In this document: piece by piece, positions 1 through 9,758 of the stretch
How the letters are laid out: every line of letters begins with the position of its first letter
Position numbering within the stretch: the first letter of the stretch is position 1
Origin: a virus
IMG/VR virus record: IMGVR_UViG_3300035698_019747
Coordinates: 64,001-128,000 of that record
Direction: 5' to 3' (one strand)
DNA length: 64,000 bases
Notes under the pieces: generated by a model
What the model saw: only the letters and a program-made list of their open reading frames with translations
What the model was told of the DNA's origin: nothing
Databases searched by the model: none
Translations under genes and position numbers: made by a program

Positions 1-413
1 TTTAATTCTCTATTCATTCTTCTAATAAGTGAGTTACAAAATGATAAAAATTTCTTAGCCATTATATTATCTTCTATTAAATTTATATGAAAATCTTGTG
101 GTGTACCATCATCATTACTATAATTAATATTTAATTCACCAACTTCTCTACCAGAAAATAAAATTAATTTATCTACATTTAGTCCATTCTTAGTGAATTC
201 AGTGTTTATTTTTTTAGATAATATTCTGATGGTATTTTTTTCACTATCTGTGAGAGGATAAATATCTTCTGCTATACGAGCGGTATCGTGAACCACACTA
301 TCCTTACCAAATAGCTTAATTAAATATGTAGTTTCTATTGTTCCTTCATAATCGATCGGATTTAATAAATTAACCATTAAACTTAAATTGCTTTTACTCT
401 TATCTAGTTTCAT
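1..413 (-). CDS. Hypothetical protein, 3' end runs off the window (MKLDKSKSNLSLMVNLLNPIDYEG...)
   Basis: Hand translation from ATG at 413 stays open to position 1; preceded by a TAAAC-N15-ATGTATAA motif (458-431). Confidence 0.75.
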   Translation of the reverse strand, partial: MKLDKSKSNLSLMVNLLNPIDYEGTIETTYLIKLFGKDSVVHDTARIAEDIYPLTDSEKNTIRILSKKINTEFTKNGLNVDKLILFSGREVGELNINYSNDDGTPQDFHINLIEDNIMAKKFLSFCNSLIRRMNREL

Positions 414-463
414 AAATATATCTTTTATCTTTATACATTTTTATAGTAATAAAGTTTAAAATT

Positions 464-1003
464 TTACTGTAATATACTATCACTATCATTTGAATAATCT
501 CCATTATTATTAGTAGCAGATTTTATTTGATTTGGTTTAAATATAACATAAATCGTGTTGGAATCATAATCCTCACCACCTTTCTGTTTACCATCCCTTG
601 GATCTTTTAAATTATATATTATAATACCATCAAACTCACCATCACTGTTATTAACAGATTTTATATTACGCTACAATTCATCATAATAATCATCATAATA
701 ACTATTCCTAGCATCTATAATGATTGGATTTTCTATTTTTAAATAAACCTTATATATTATTCCCCCATAATCTTGAACATGTGTCTCAGAGTCTGAAAAA
801 TAAACACCACCATTATTTCTGATATCAAGATCTTTGAAATCTTTAAATATTTCAAAATTCATTTGACTACCATGATATACTATCAAAGGATCACCCGAAT
901 TATTTACCACCTTTGAGTCACCGAACCAATATTTAAGATTATTGCTTATATCAAGTGATTCGTTTATATAATTATGAAATTTAGTTTGTATTATTTTACC
1001 CAT
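464..1003 (-). CDS. ADP-ribosyltransferase-like (ART-PolyVal-type) protein with one in-frame TAG at 671-673
   Basis: N-part has DSKVV..GDPLIVYHGS, GVYFSD and VYLKIENP; past the TAG the same frame gives EFDGIIIYNLKD...YVIFKPNQIKSATNNNGDYS, the typical C-terminus of this family, ending at TAA 466-464. Confidence 0.7.
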
Positions 1004-1029
1004 AGAATTTTAATATATATATATATATA

Positions 1030-1839
1030 TTAATAATTTACGATTATAACCTCTTGTGTGTTTTTATTAATTTTATTGCGAGAAACTTTATTGTAATCAA
1101 AATCCAAGTTTATTAGATTGTATTCATTACTTAATTTTCTTAAGGTTTCACTCTCAATACCATTATGAGTAATCAACCCAGATAACATAAATGAGTTGCC
1201 CCGATTGTCAATGCTCTTAACATATTTATAAAGATTGTCCTCTAAATCACTACTCCAATAACTATTATAACCAGCTTCGGTGTTTATATATGGTGGATCA
1301 ATATATACCATTGAATCATCTATCATAGGGAACTCGTCAAAAGATATTGAATAATAATTGATAATATCCCCATATTTAGAAAGATGATTTACATATTCAT
1401 TAGTTTTTTTAGTAGTGCTATCATTCCAACCACGCTTACCCCATGTCTGATTAAATTTAAACTTTTTATTAAAGCGCATCAAATTAGAAGTGCAACTTAA
1501 CATCAACGCCCATAACTTTTCAGGTGTTTTGGACTCATTATAAGAGGTTCGTAATTGCAAAAACTTCTCCTTATCTTCTTTACATGTAGCGAGTTCCATT
1601 GTTTTGTTTACAATATCAATAGGTGATTCTTTCAGAATTTGATGTAGATTGACTAAATCCTCAATAACATCATTGATATATATGTTATCATATTTATCTA
1701 ATATATTGGTATATACACACCCACCCCCTGTGAATAAATCAACAAAATTAGATCGGGAATAGTCCATTTTAGGTAAAATTTGTTCAAGTAATTTAAATTT
1801 AGACCCAGTATAATTAAAAGGAGTATTTATATGTTTCAT
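1030..1839 (-). CDS. dam: Dam-like (D12 class) DNA adenine methyltransferase
   Basis: PFNYTGSK, FVDLFTGGG SAM-binding motif, catalytic DPPY, C-terminal EVIIVNY. Confidence 0.9.
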   Translation of the reverse strand: MKHINTPFNYTGSKFKLLEQILPKMDYSRSNFVDLFTGGGCVYTNILDKYDNIYINDVIEDLVNLHQILKESPIDIVNKTMELATCKEDKEKFLQLRTSYNESKTPEKLWALMLSCTSNLMRFNKKFKFNQTWGKRGWNDSTTKKTNEYVNHLSKYGDIINYYSISFDEFPMIDDSMVYIDPPYINTEAGYNSYWSSDLEDNLYKYVKSIDNRGNSFMLSGLITHNGIESETLRKLSNEYNLINLDFDYNKVSRNKINKNTQEVIIVNY

Positions 1840-1850
1840 AAAGTTTAAAT

Positions 1851-2084
1851 TTATTTAATGATCATTAATAACAGTTCAGTAATCTCTTTCTCATTATATA
1901 CCCCCATACCAACAGACGATATACACTCCTCGGATTCCCAATACTCACACCACATACCACCATGAATATTTACCACTAAATGTGATCCCTTTGCTGGTGC
2001 TGATAATGCTATTTTCCATAAATTTGATACACCTATACGGGTAAACATTTTATTTTTAAAAAAGTCTTCGCTAATTTTTTCCAT
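1851..2084 (-). CDS. Hypothetical protein
   Basis: ORF in a co-oriented run. Confidence 0.6.
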   Translation of the reverse strand: MEKISEDFFKNKMFTRIGVSNLWKIALSAPAKGSHLVVNIHGGMWCEYWESEECISSVGMGVYNEKEITELLLMIIK

Positions 2085-2337
2085 TTTTATAAGGCTTTGT
2101 GCTCTTAGTTAAAGTTAAAGATGGGTCTAAACTTATCTTTTTAAGGAAATGTTTATTTCTTTTTTTACTTATATTGTTACATGTATAAATTATATTACCA
2201 TCTACAAAAAGTGTATACTTATCTTTCTTAAAACTTAAACGTGTAAAATTATTTAAATCCTCAGTTAGTACACCATTAATAATATACGTATTATCGGGGT
2301 ATAAGTAAATTGCAGTATGTATCTTATTTATAAACAT
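2071..2337 (-). CDS. Hypothetical protein
   Basis: ORF overlapping its neighbour in a co-oriented run. Confidence 0.65.
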   Translation of the reverse strand: MFINKIHTAIYLYPDNTYIINGVLTEDLNNFTRLSFKKDKYTLFVDGNIIYTCNNISKKRNKHFLKKISLDPSLTLTKSTKPYKNGKN

Positions 2338-2339
2338 TT

Positions 2340-2579
2340 TTAATCAGTTAACTCCTTAACTGTCATTATTGTTAGCTTTCTAAACTTCTGTCTAGATAAA
2401 GAACTTAAGGAAACATTAATATCCTCACTATATATATTTTTAGCATCAACTAACGCTATCCTTCCATTTCTATCAAGCCTTAAGAAAATACCACCCACAA
2501 AATTTTCTCCCCGAACACTACCACCACTTACAAGATGGTCAATGACATCTTTGAGGTCTAAATCATATACTTTTTTCAT
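2340..2579 (-). CDS. Hypothetical protein
   Basis: ORF downstream of TATATTTG element at 2617-2610. Confidence 0.7.
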   Translation of the reverse strand: MKKVYDLDLKDVIDHLVSGGSVRGENFVGGIFLRLDRNGRIALVDAKNIYSEDINVSLSSLSRQKFRKLTIMTVKELTD

Positions 2580-2788
2580 AGCGTATTTTATATTTTAATT
2601 AATTTAATACAAATATACCTAAAATAATTGAATTATATAATTTCTTTTAGATTATTATGTGGGTCTTCGTCTATTATTTCAAAGTGCATTTATATCAGTG
2701 AGTAATTTTTGATATTTACACTCTGTGCCCATAGTCAGTACAATAGCAAAGTTACTTATTTTTTTAGTACTCATCTATTTAACATTTA

Positions 2789-3073
2789 TTATATATCTTC
2801 ACCCATTCTACAAAGTATATCTTTTAAATCAAATAAAACCAAATTTGATTTATTCCACTGACTAAACGTATTATTATAATCACTGATATTAGATCCATTT
2901 TTATAAGTATCCATATTTTTAGATAACTGTGCTCTATGTATTTCTTCCTTCTCAATTAAGCTATGTATAAATTTAGTACCGTTATTATGTAGATACATAA
3001 CTGATGATAAAGCTTCCTCACATCCTATATCACCATTTCCATATTTCCTAACTATAATGTCTATATCTGTCAT
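2789..3073 (-). CDS. Hypothetical protein
   Basis: ORF in a co-oriented run. Confidence 0.65.
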   Translation of the reverse strand: MTDIDIIVRKYGNGDIGCEEALSSVMYLHNNGTKFIHSLIEKEEIHRAQLSKNMDTYKNGSNISDYNNTFSQWNKSNLVLFDLKDILCRMGEDI

Positions 3074-3076
3074 ATA

Positions 3077-3379
3077 TTAAGAAATTTTAATTAATTTATT
3101 GAATATTTTTGGGTTTGAATCTATATACTCATTAATATCATCAATGCTATCAAAATATAAATAATCTGATGCGAGGGTTTCATATGATATATAAATATGA
3201 CACTTGACAAATAACTTACCATTTATCACACCTATTTGATTAACATCATTGGGTAATTCAACATTATCATCACTATACATTTTACCATTTTTAACATAAC
3301 CATCAATATATTCAATATCATATATAAGAATACTTATTATTAACAATGGGTTAGTATATTTACCTATTAATCCACACAT
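3077..3379 (-). CDS. Small paralogue family member (C-terminal YFxxxxDIxEYIxxNPxxF motif)
   Basis: YFDSIDDINEYIDSNPKIFNKL shared with ORFs at 6052, 6349 and 6643. Confidence 0.75.
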   Translation of the reverse strand: MCGLIGKYTNPLLIISILIYDIEYIDGYVKNGKMYSDDNVELPNDVNQIGVINGKLFVKCHIYISYETLASDYLYFDSIDDINEYIDSNPKIFNKLIKIS

Positions 3380-3380
3380 A

Positions 3381-3420
<40 letters not shown>

Positions 3421-3468
3421 TTATTTGAATACGCATAAATATATCCTCGTTATTTTCTATGAAATTGT

Positions 3469-3735
3469 CTATTTCAGATTACTGCCAAAATATATTACTA
3501 TTGGTGAAATATTAGAAGCTAAATTAAACAATATATAGACACTATATTTTTTGAATACTTTTTTCCCAGATATCATATACATATCAATATTACCATGATA
3601 TAATTTTTTATTATAACATGATCTAACTTCTTTTGAATTAACATCATAATACACAGTATCCACGAATTCCTTGTCATATATAGTGACAGAACTCACATCT
3701 CTTACCTTTATATAATTAGTCAAAACCCCACTCAT
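3469..3735 (-). pseudogene. Frameshifted member of the small paralogue family
   Basis: Ends IYFGSNLK*, but another frame continues EIDNFIENNEDIFMRIQII, completing the family motif. Confidence 0.6.
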
Positions 3736-3752
3736 TTGTTGTAAATTAATTA

Positions 3753-6038
3753 TTATGAATCTATGATACCAAACTCTAGATGATACACTTTATCGTATCT
3801 AATATATGGTGTATCTGAAAATCTTGCAAGTGATCTAATAGTATCTAAATTTAGATTCTTAAGTGCCCTTTTGTTCTTAATTCTCGCTTTATAATCAAAA
3901 CGCGAATCATTATCTAAGTTATTAATAGTTTTCCGTATTCTAGATGCTGTATATTCATCTTCCTTAAATTCAACACCAAAATCAGTTCTTAGTTGGTGTG
4001 TGAAAGGACCAACCCATTGATCATTATCATGGTGTTTTACAATAAAAAATACCTCTGAACCACTAGACCGCAAAGGATTACTACCAGCCACCTTAATATT
4101 ACCATTATTTACATTTTTAAAATATTCTTTAGGGTATATGTTACTCAGGTTTTTATAACTTTTAGATAATAACTTCGTATGATAATTATTTATATCACTA
4201 CTGTTTTTAATCATGAAAGCGTTATAAATTTCATATAATTTAGATAAGGTAATACTTTGTTTATTATATTTAGAAATTGTATCATACCACTTTTTATATA
4301 AACTGATATCATACTGAGTATTGATAGCACCCTCATTTGATTTATTAGTATTATCTACTGGTTTGTATATATAAACACTAGGTGTATTAAATTCACCCCA
4401 TCTATTAACTCTCCCGAAACGCTGCACAGTAGACTGTGGTGACATACAATCCTCATAAAGTTTATCAAATGAAACATCTAATGATGCTTGTAACATAGGT
4501 GTGCCAATTACATTGTCTTTTACTAAGGTGGGTTTGGACACTTTCCCATAAGCTTTCAATAAAAAATTTAAATCCTGATTTTTCTTATCATCTAAAAATA
4601 GACTATGTAATAAGAGTTTATAATCTTTACTATTATATTTCTTAATATCCTGAGCGTTTCTTATCGAATTCTTTATAACCAAAGAATTTGTATTAGGTAT
4701 AATAGAAGGTGGTTTATCAGATACTTCTAAATTATATGGCTTTGAATGCACAGGAGAGTAATGTTTACCATTGTTCGGCAATATAACTACTTTATTTTTT
4801 GAGCCAAACAAATTGCTTATACGCAACTCTAATAAAATAGGAGTCGCTGATAACATCATAGTTTTACTATTAGTAAAATTTTTTCTAATCGTTACGATAT
4901 CTATGAAAGCCGCCATTATCGCAGACTCTGTTATAAATTCATGGTATTCATCAAAAACAACATCAGATCCTAAAATTAAAGAAGATAAATCATAATGCTT
5001 CGTCTTAAAAGTAGGTGCTAAGAAGTTATCTATATTAGTTACTATAATATCTGATTCATATATAGGGACATCAGTATTTGAATCCTTAACCTCACCAGAT
5101 AAAAGAAGCTGAACGCTAGGTATATGATCAGTATTTAAATTAGTTATTTCTTCTAGTATTGACTTATAAACCGATATAGCAATAGTGTTTCTAGGAACTA
5201 CCCATAAAAGTTTTCTACCACTTTTAATACTCCACATCAAACCAGTAAGGGTCTTACCAAATCCAGCAGGGGCATTTAATATAATAGTATTATCTATATG
5301 ATTAGATATACCCTCCTGTACTTTAAAGCGATCATCATATGTATATGCCATATCACCTACATTAAATGATATTTTTTTCTGCATATCAAAGTAACTCTTT
5401 TCGACACTTTTATGACTTATTTCCGATAAACTATTAAAACCTGATCCAATTCTATCAGCAGTAATAACTAAACTTCTAAGGTATTGTAATTTTTGGGATT
5501 CTGTTTTATTTGATAGATAAAATAGAGGTGGTTCTGAATCGATATAACTATCCATATCAATAATATCATCATCCATATCATCATATACTTTTATATTATC
5601 CTGCCCTACTACTTTTTTTAGCGCATCTAACATGGGTTTAATATCGCCACTATATTCATCGTTATCAATTATAAGAGCTTTAATTTTACCACACCCCTTA
5701 CTATTACTATTAGTATTAACACCGTGATGCCAATGTACAATATTTAGAATATGTGACTTCCCCGTATAATCATCTTTAATAAACTTTTCTAGAAATGCCC
5801 ATCCTACTTGATTATGTCTATGGTTTTGACCCGATATATCCCCATTATCTTTCAACATGTTCTGGAATTTTTGAGTCAGTTTTCCTATATCATGTAGCTT
5901 TGCTGCCACTTCCAGAATATGAAGAAAATAATCACGTTGTTCCCCAACAGTGACATTTATAGATTTGAATAATATTTTTGTTACTTCCCACACTATTTCA
6001 CAGTGAAGTATATAACTTTGATCATTTTTTGCTAACAT
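3753..6038 (-). CDS. cas3: Cas3-like HD nuclease / SF2 helicase (orphan)
   Basis: HD motifs LHC, LHDIGK, HRHN, HHG, TADR; helicase motifs APAGFGKT, DEYH, SATP, LHS, QASLDVSFD, QRFGRVNR. Confidence 0.9.
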   Translation of the reverse strand: MLAKNDQSYILHCEIVWEVTKILFKSINVTVGEQRDYFLHILEVAAKLHDIGKLTQKFQNMLKDNGDISGQNHRHNQVGWAFLEKFIKDDYTGKSHILNIVHWHHGVNTNSNSKGCGKIKALIIDNDEYSGDIKPMLDALKKVVGQDNIKVYDDMDDDIIDMDSYIDSEPPLFYLSNKTESQKLQYLRSLVITADRIGSGFNSLSEISHKSVEKSYFDMQKKISFNVGDMAYTYDDRFKVQEGISNHIDNTIILNAPAGFGKTLTGLMWSIKSGRKLLWVVPRNTIAISVYKSILEEITNLNTDHIPSVQLLLSGEVKDSNTDVPIYESDIIVTNIDNFLAPTFKTKHYDLSSLILGSDVVFDEYHEFITESAIMAAFIDIVTIRKNFTNSKTMMLSATPILLELRISNLFGSKNKVVILPNNGKHYSPVHSKPYNLEVSDKPPSIIPNTNSLVIKNSIRNAQDIKKYNSKDYKLLLHSLFLDDKKNQDLNFLLKAYGKVSKPTLVKDNVIGTPMLQASLDVSFDKLYEDCMSPQSTVQRFGRVNRWGEFNTPSVYIYKPVDNTNKSNEGAINTQYDISLYKKWYDTISKYNKQSITLSKLYEIYNAFMIKNSSDINNYHTKLLSKSYKNLSNIYPKEYFKNVNNGNIKVAGSNPLRSSGSEVFFIVKHHDNDQWVGPFTHQLRTDFGVEFKEDEYTASRIRKTINNLDNDSRFDYKARIKNKRALKNLNLDTIRSLARFSDTPYIRYDKVYHLEFGIIDS

Positions 6039-6051
6039 TATTTATAGTAAT

Positions 6052-6306
6052 TTAATTAGTTGGTAATTTATGAAGGTGTCTGAAAAACACAGGATTGTCT
6101 TCTATATACTCGTAAATATCATCCATGTTTTCAAAATAACAAACTGTTTTATAAGATGAATTAATAAAATTAATTACGATACTATAATTAGAGATTATCG
6201 CACCGTTTATTATTTTAAATCTGGTCTCTGTATCAGATAATTCTACCCAGTCACTTATATAAAATACTACATTCTTTATATATAACGTATCTATCACATA
6301 CTTCAA
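6052..6306 (-). CDS. Small paralogue family member
   Basis: YFENMDDIYEYIEDNPVFFRHL. Confidence 0.7.
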   Translation of the reverse strand: MKYVIDTLYIKNVVFYISDWVELSDTETRFKIINGAIISNYSIVINFINSSYKTVCYFENMDDIYEYIEDNPVFFRHLHKLPTN

Positions 6307-6348
6307 TATAATCTATCCTATTAGGATTTATTAATCTAAATTTAACGC

Positions 6349-6639
6349 TCATATTATTTTATTAGTGCTAAAAACCTTACCAAATATATGCGGGTTTTCC
6401 ACAACATAATCATCTATTTCATCTTCATCTTTAAAGAAAATGGTGTGTTCTTCATTAGCCCCTCTAAACTTATAGAAAATTATTATATGAGGATTCATAT
6501 AAACCCTATTACCTACTATAATATATTTATTATTCGAGTTTGAAATATTCACATTTCCAAGTTTAACCTTACTATTATGCGTTCTAATATATTCTATACT
6601 ATACCCTTCTATTGTATCTATTTTTTTAAAATGATTCAT
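6349..6639 (-). CDS. Small paralogue family member
   Basis: NPHIIIFY...FFKDEDEIDDYVVENPHIF. Confidence 0.75.
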   Translation of the reverse strand: MNHFKKIDTIEGYSIEYIRTHNSKVKLGNVNISNSNNKYIIVGNRVYMNPHIIIFYKFRGANEEHTIFFKDEDEIDDYVVENPHIFGKVFSTNKII

Positions 6640-6642
6640 ATA

Positions 6643-7008
6643 TTATTTAATTGAAAGTGAGTGGACTAATTTAATTACTTGTAAGTGATTAAATAATTGT
6701 GGGTTATCATCAATATATTCATCAATTCCCCCCACATCTTTGAAATATATATAAATATCACTGAACGCACTGCTAGTATAAAACCTTATTAGTATATATG
6801 GATTAATTTTAACCTCTTCATCAATATATACTAATTTATTATCAAGGTTATCTAGATCAAATTCAGTATTCACCCTGAATTTAGTAAATTTATCACGTTT
6901 TTTATCATAACTATATTTATATAAATTATCACATATTCTAGTCACATTATAATTTTTAATTATACCAGCGATATCAGTTGGTTTAATCATTACTTCCTTT
7001 TTTATCAT
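6643..7008 (-). CDS. Small paralogue family member
   Basis: NPYILIRF...YFKDVGGIDEYIDDNPQLFNHL. Confidence 0.75.
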   Translation of the reverse strand: MIKKEVMIKPTDIAGIIKNYNVTRICDNLYKYSYDKKRDKFTKFRVNTEFDLDNLDNKLVYIDEEVKINPYILIRFYTSSAFSDIYIYFKDVGGIDEYIDDNPQLFNHLQVIKLVHSLSIK

Positions 7009-7169
7009 TTGTCCAAGTTTTTAAAATCTATTAAATATTCTTGGGTGGGTAACCCATATATTATCCCATATCATTATCAAAATATTTACAATTTCGGGTC
7101 TATAAATAAGAATACACTATTTATACCAATACTAGATATCATATTTTTCTTCACGTACCTTTCCAACAT
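7005..7169 (-). pseudogene. Degraded remnant of the same small paralogue family
   Basis: MLERYVKKNMISSIGI..., then YFDND and HPRIFNRF fragments broken by stops/frameshifts. Confidence 0.45.
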
Positions 7170-7214
7170 ATATCTAAACTTTATATATTATGCAAATATA
7201 AGTAAAAAAAAGTT

Positions 7215-8129
7215 ATGCGCAAAATTTTAATTACAGGTGGTACAGGATTAGTTGGAAGCCAATTCAATGGTGATGAATATTATAAAATATCATCTAAGGA
7301 TTTTGACCTACGGAAACCAGATAATACAGATCTTATATTTGATACACACAATCAAATAGATAGTGTAATACACTGTGCAGCCAGAGTGGGTGGTATTAAG
7401 GCAAATATGGATTTTAAGGGTGAGTTCTTCTATGATAATATTATGATAAATACTAATCTAATAGAAAGTGCCAGAAAAAGTGGTATAAAAAACTTAGTAG
7501 CATTTCTTTCTACTTGTGTATTTCCAAACAATGTAGAGTATCCACTAACTGAAAGCAAGATATTTGATGGTAAGCCACATTCTAGCAATAATGCATATGC
7601 GTATAGTAAAAGAATGTCCGAGGTACAGATTCAAGCATATAGAGAACAGTATGGACTTAATTACAAATCTGTCATACCTACCAATATATATGGGATTGGT
7701 GATAACTATAATTTAGATAACAGTCATGTAATACCTGCACTTATACACAAATGCTTTTTAGCTAAAGAAAACAATATAGATTTTGTGGTATGGGGTTCAG
7801 GGAAGCCATTAAGGGAATTTATATACAATAAAGATGTGGCATTTTTAACAAAGTGGGTACTAAACAATTATAATGAGAGTGAACCAATCATACTTTCAAC
7901 TTCGGAGGAAATAAGCATTAGAGATATTGTTGATATGATTGTAGAAATAATTAAATTTAAAGGAAAAGTTATTTTTGATAGTTCAAAACCAGATGGGCAA
8001 TTTCGCAAGCCAAGTGATAATACAAAAATAAAAACTTATTTGCCAGATTTTAAATTCACCCCTATGTACATTGGCTTACAGGAGACTATTAGTCAATTTA
8101 TATCTAATTATGAGCATATAAGAAAATAA
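7215..8129 (+). CDS. fcl: GDP-L-fucose synthase
   Basis: ILITGGTGLVG, HCAARVGGI, FLSTCVFP, YAYSKR, PTNIYG, SHVIPALI, WGSGKPLREF, KPDGQFRK. Confidence 0.95.
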   Translation: MRKILITGGTGLVGSQFNGDEYYKISSKDFDLRKPDNTDLIFDTHNQIDSVIHCAARVGGIKANMDFKGEFFYDNIMINTNLIESARKSGIKNLVAFLSTCVFPNNVEYPLTESKIFDGKPHSSNNAYAYSKRMSEVQIQAYREQYGLNYKSVIPTNIYGIGDNYNLDNSHVIPALIHKCFLAKENNIDFVVWGSGKPLREFIYNKDVAFLTKWVLNNYNESEPIILSTSEEISIRDIVDMIVEIIKFKGKVIFDSSKPDGQFRKPSDNTKIKTYLPDFKFTPMYIGLQETISQFISNYEHIRK

Positions 8130-8188
8130 TATAAAGTTCTAATCTGACCTAGTTTTTTTAATATATAGAGAAATTAATATTAAACACT

Positions 8189-8983
8189 GTGCTTGAATCT
8201 TTAATAGAACTTTTCTCAAAAACAAATATACCCAGTGGTGTGATTGGTGGATCACTTGCTCTACTATCGGCATTACTAATAGCCTTATTTAAGTCTAAGG
8301 TCTTCCAAGAATTATTAACAGGTATATTTAACTGGAATTTTTCAATGAAAGGAAAAATATTTAAACCCAAAGAAACCAAAAAAACCAAATTAGACGAAGA
8401 AGTTATGGAAGAAAGCTTATCTGAGGATGACCTTTTAAACCATGATATATTTAATTATATAGATTTTTGGTTAACCAACCAAATCCCTAGTATGACACTT
8501 AAAAGTAGATATAGAACGGCAGTATTCAGAAAATATTTAAAAATATATTTTAAAACATATAAGTACAAACTGCATGAATATGTAAAAAGTAGAGAATATG
8601 AAAAATATACCTCTGTCGAATTAAGAAAGTCAATATTTGATCTTTTTCTTAATATTACAAAGGCCATGGAAAATGATATGATGAGTAATGATATTCCTAA
8701 CGTCATAATAACTAAGATGAAACACGCACATAGAAGTAGAAATGAATTAGCATTAGAGTTAACCATATCAGTGTGTGACCGAAACATATATGATACAAAG
8801 TTGAACAGAATGAAAGTATATTCCATACTTGGACTTATATACCCTATACTAGATAACACTATAACGAATATAGAACCAGTTTGTGATAATTTAAATGGTG
8901 AGTTAGGTGGTTTATCAATTGATGGTTTCACTGAACCTATTAGCAGACATAATCATGAAGATATCGATGGTACTGAACTTTAA
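8189..8983 (+). CDS. Membrane-anchored hypothetical protein
   Basis: N-terminal hydrophobic segment GVIGGSLALLSALLIALF; TTAATATATA motif at 8158. Confidence 0.7.
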   Translation: MLESLIELFSKTNIPSGVIGGSLALLSALLIALFKSKVFQELLTGIFNWNFSMKGKIFKPKETKKTKLDEEVMEESLSEDDLLNHDIFNYIDFWLTNQIPSMTLKSRYRTAVFRKYLKIYFKTYKYKLHEYVKSREYEKYTSVELRKSIFDLFLNITKAMENDMMSNDIPNVIITKMKHAHRSRNELALELTISVCDRNIYDTKLNRMKVYSILGLIYPILDNTITNIEPVCDNLNGELGGLSIDGFTEPISRHNHEDIDGTEL

Positions 8984-9011
8984 TTAATATATAATAAAAA
9001 TAACTTTAGTA

Positions 9012-9743
9012 ATGCATTATACACAAAACATCAATCTTATAGATAGTGAATTAAAAAAAATATTTGAGGATGTTAAGATAGATAGTAATGACTACAGATC
9101 ATTATATATTACTCTTAAAACACCACTATTAGAAAATATTAATAAAAAAATAGAACTTTCTGTTTATGTAAATCAAAGTAATCTAAACTCTGAAAACCCA
9201 AGCCTAGTATGGGGATATTATACAAATCCCAATGAAAGGATAAACTCTATTCAGTTTATGACCAAAACATCAGATATGTCTAGACTATTAGAAGAAGTTA
9301 TAACCGATAACCGATTAGACATACTTTATTTAGAATCTTTGACAATTGATGAAATAATCAATGAATCTTCTACTAATGATGATGTTATTATTTTAGATAA
9401 TACTTATATGTCATCTGATGATACTATTGAAATTTATACTGAAAATTTAAAGAAATTTTTTGAAAAAACCCTATCAGTAGATATTGATAAGATCATTTTA
9501 AAGGAATTTGATGAAAATGGTGATATAGTTAAGTGGGATAAGTTAGCAATAGGTGAAAGTATATTTGAGTTAGAATTAAGTAAATTCACTTCAAAGAATA
9601 AGGAGACGATATCCAGTAAGGATTGGTTAGAAATAGACAAAATATTAAAGTCACTACCAAATGTAGAAGACATATATTCAAATAAAGGAGCTTTAAGCGA
9701 ATCCTTATGGTTCAAAGCTGGTTCAAAAGTAAAATTACTATAA
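9012..9743 (+). CDS. Hypothetical protein
   Basis: 243-aa ORF upstream of the baseplate gene. Confidence 0.75.
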   Translation: MHYTQNINLIDSELKKIFEDVKIDSNDYRSLYITLKTPLLENINKKIELSVYVNQSNLNSENPSLVWGYYTNPNERINSIQFMTKTSDMSRLLEEVITDNRLDILYLESLTIDEIINESSTNDDVIILDNTYMSSDDTIEIYTENLKKFFEKTLSVDIDKIILKEFDENGDIVKWDKLAIGESIFELELSKFTSKNKETISSKDWLEIDKILKSLPNVEDIYSNKGALSESLWFKAGSKVKLL

Positions 9744-9758
9744 AAATAATAAAATTCT

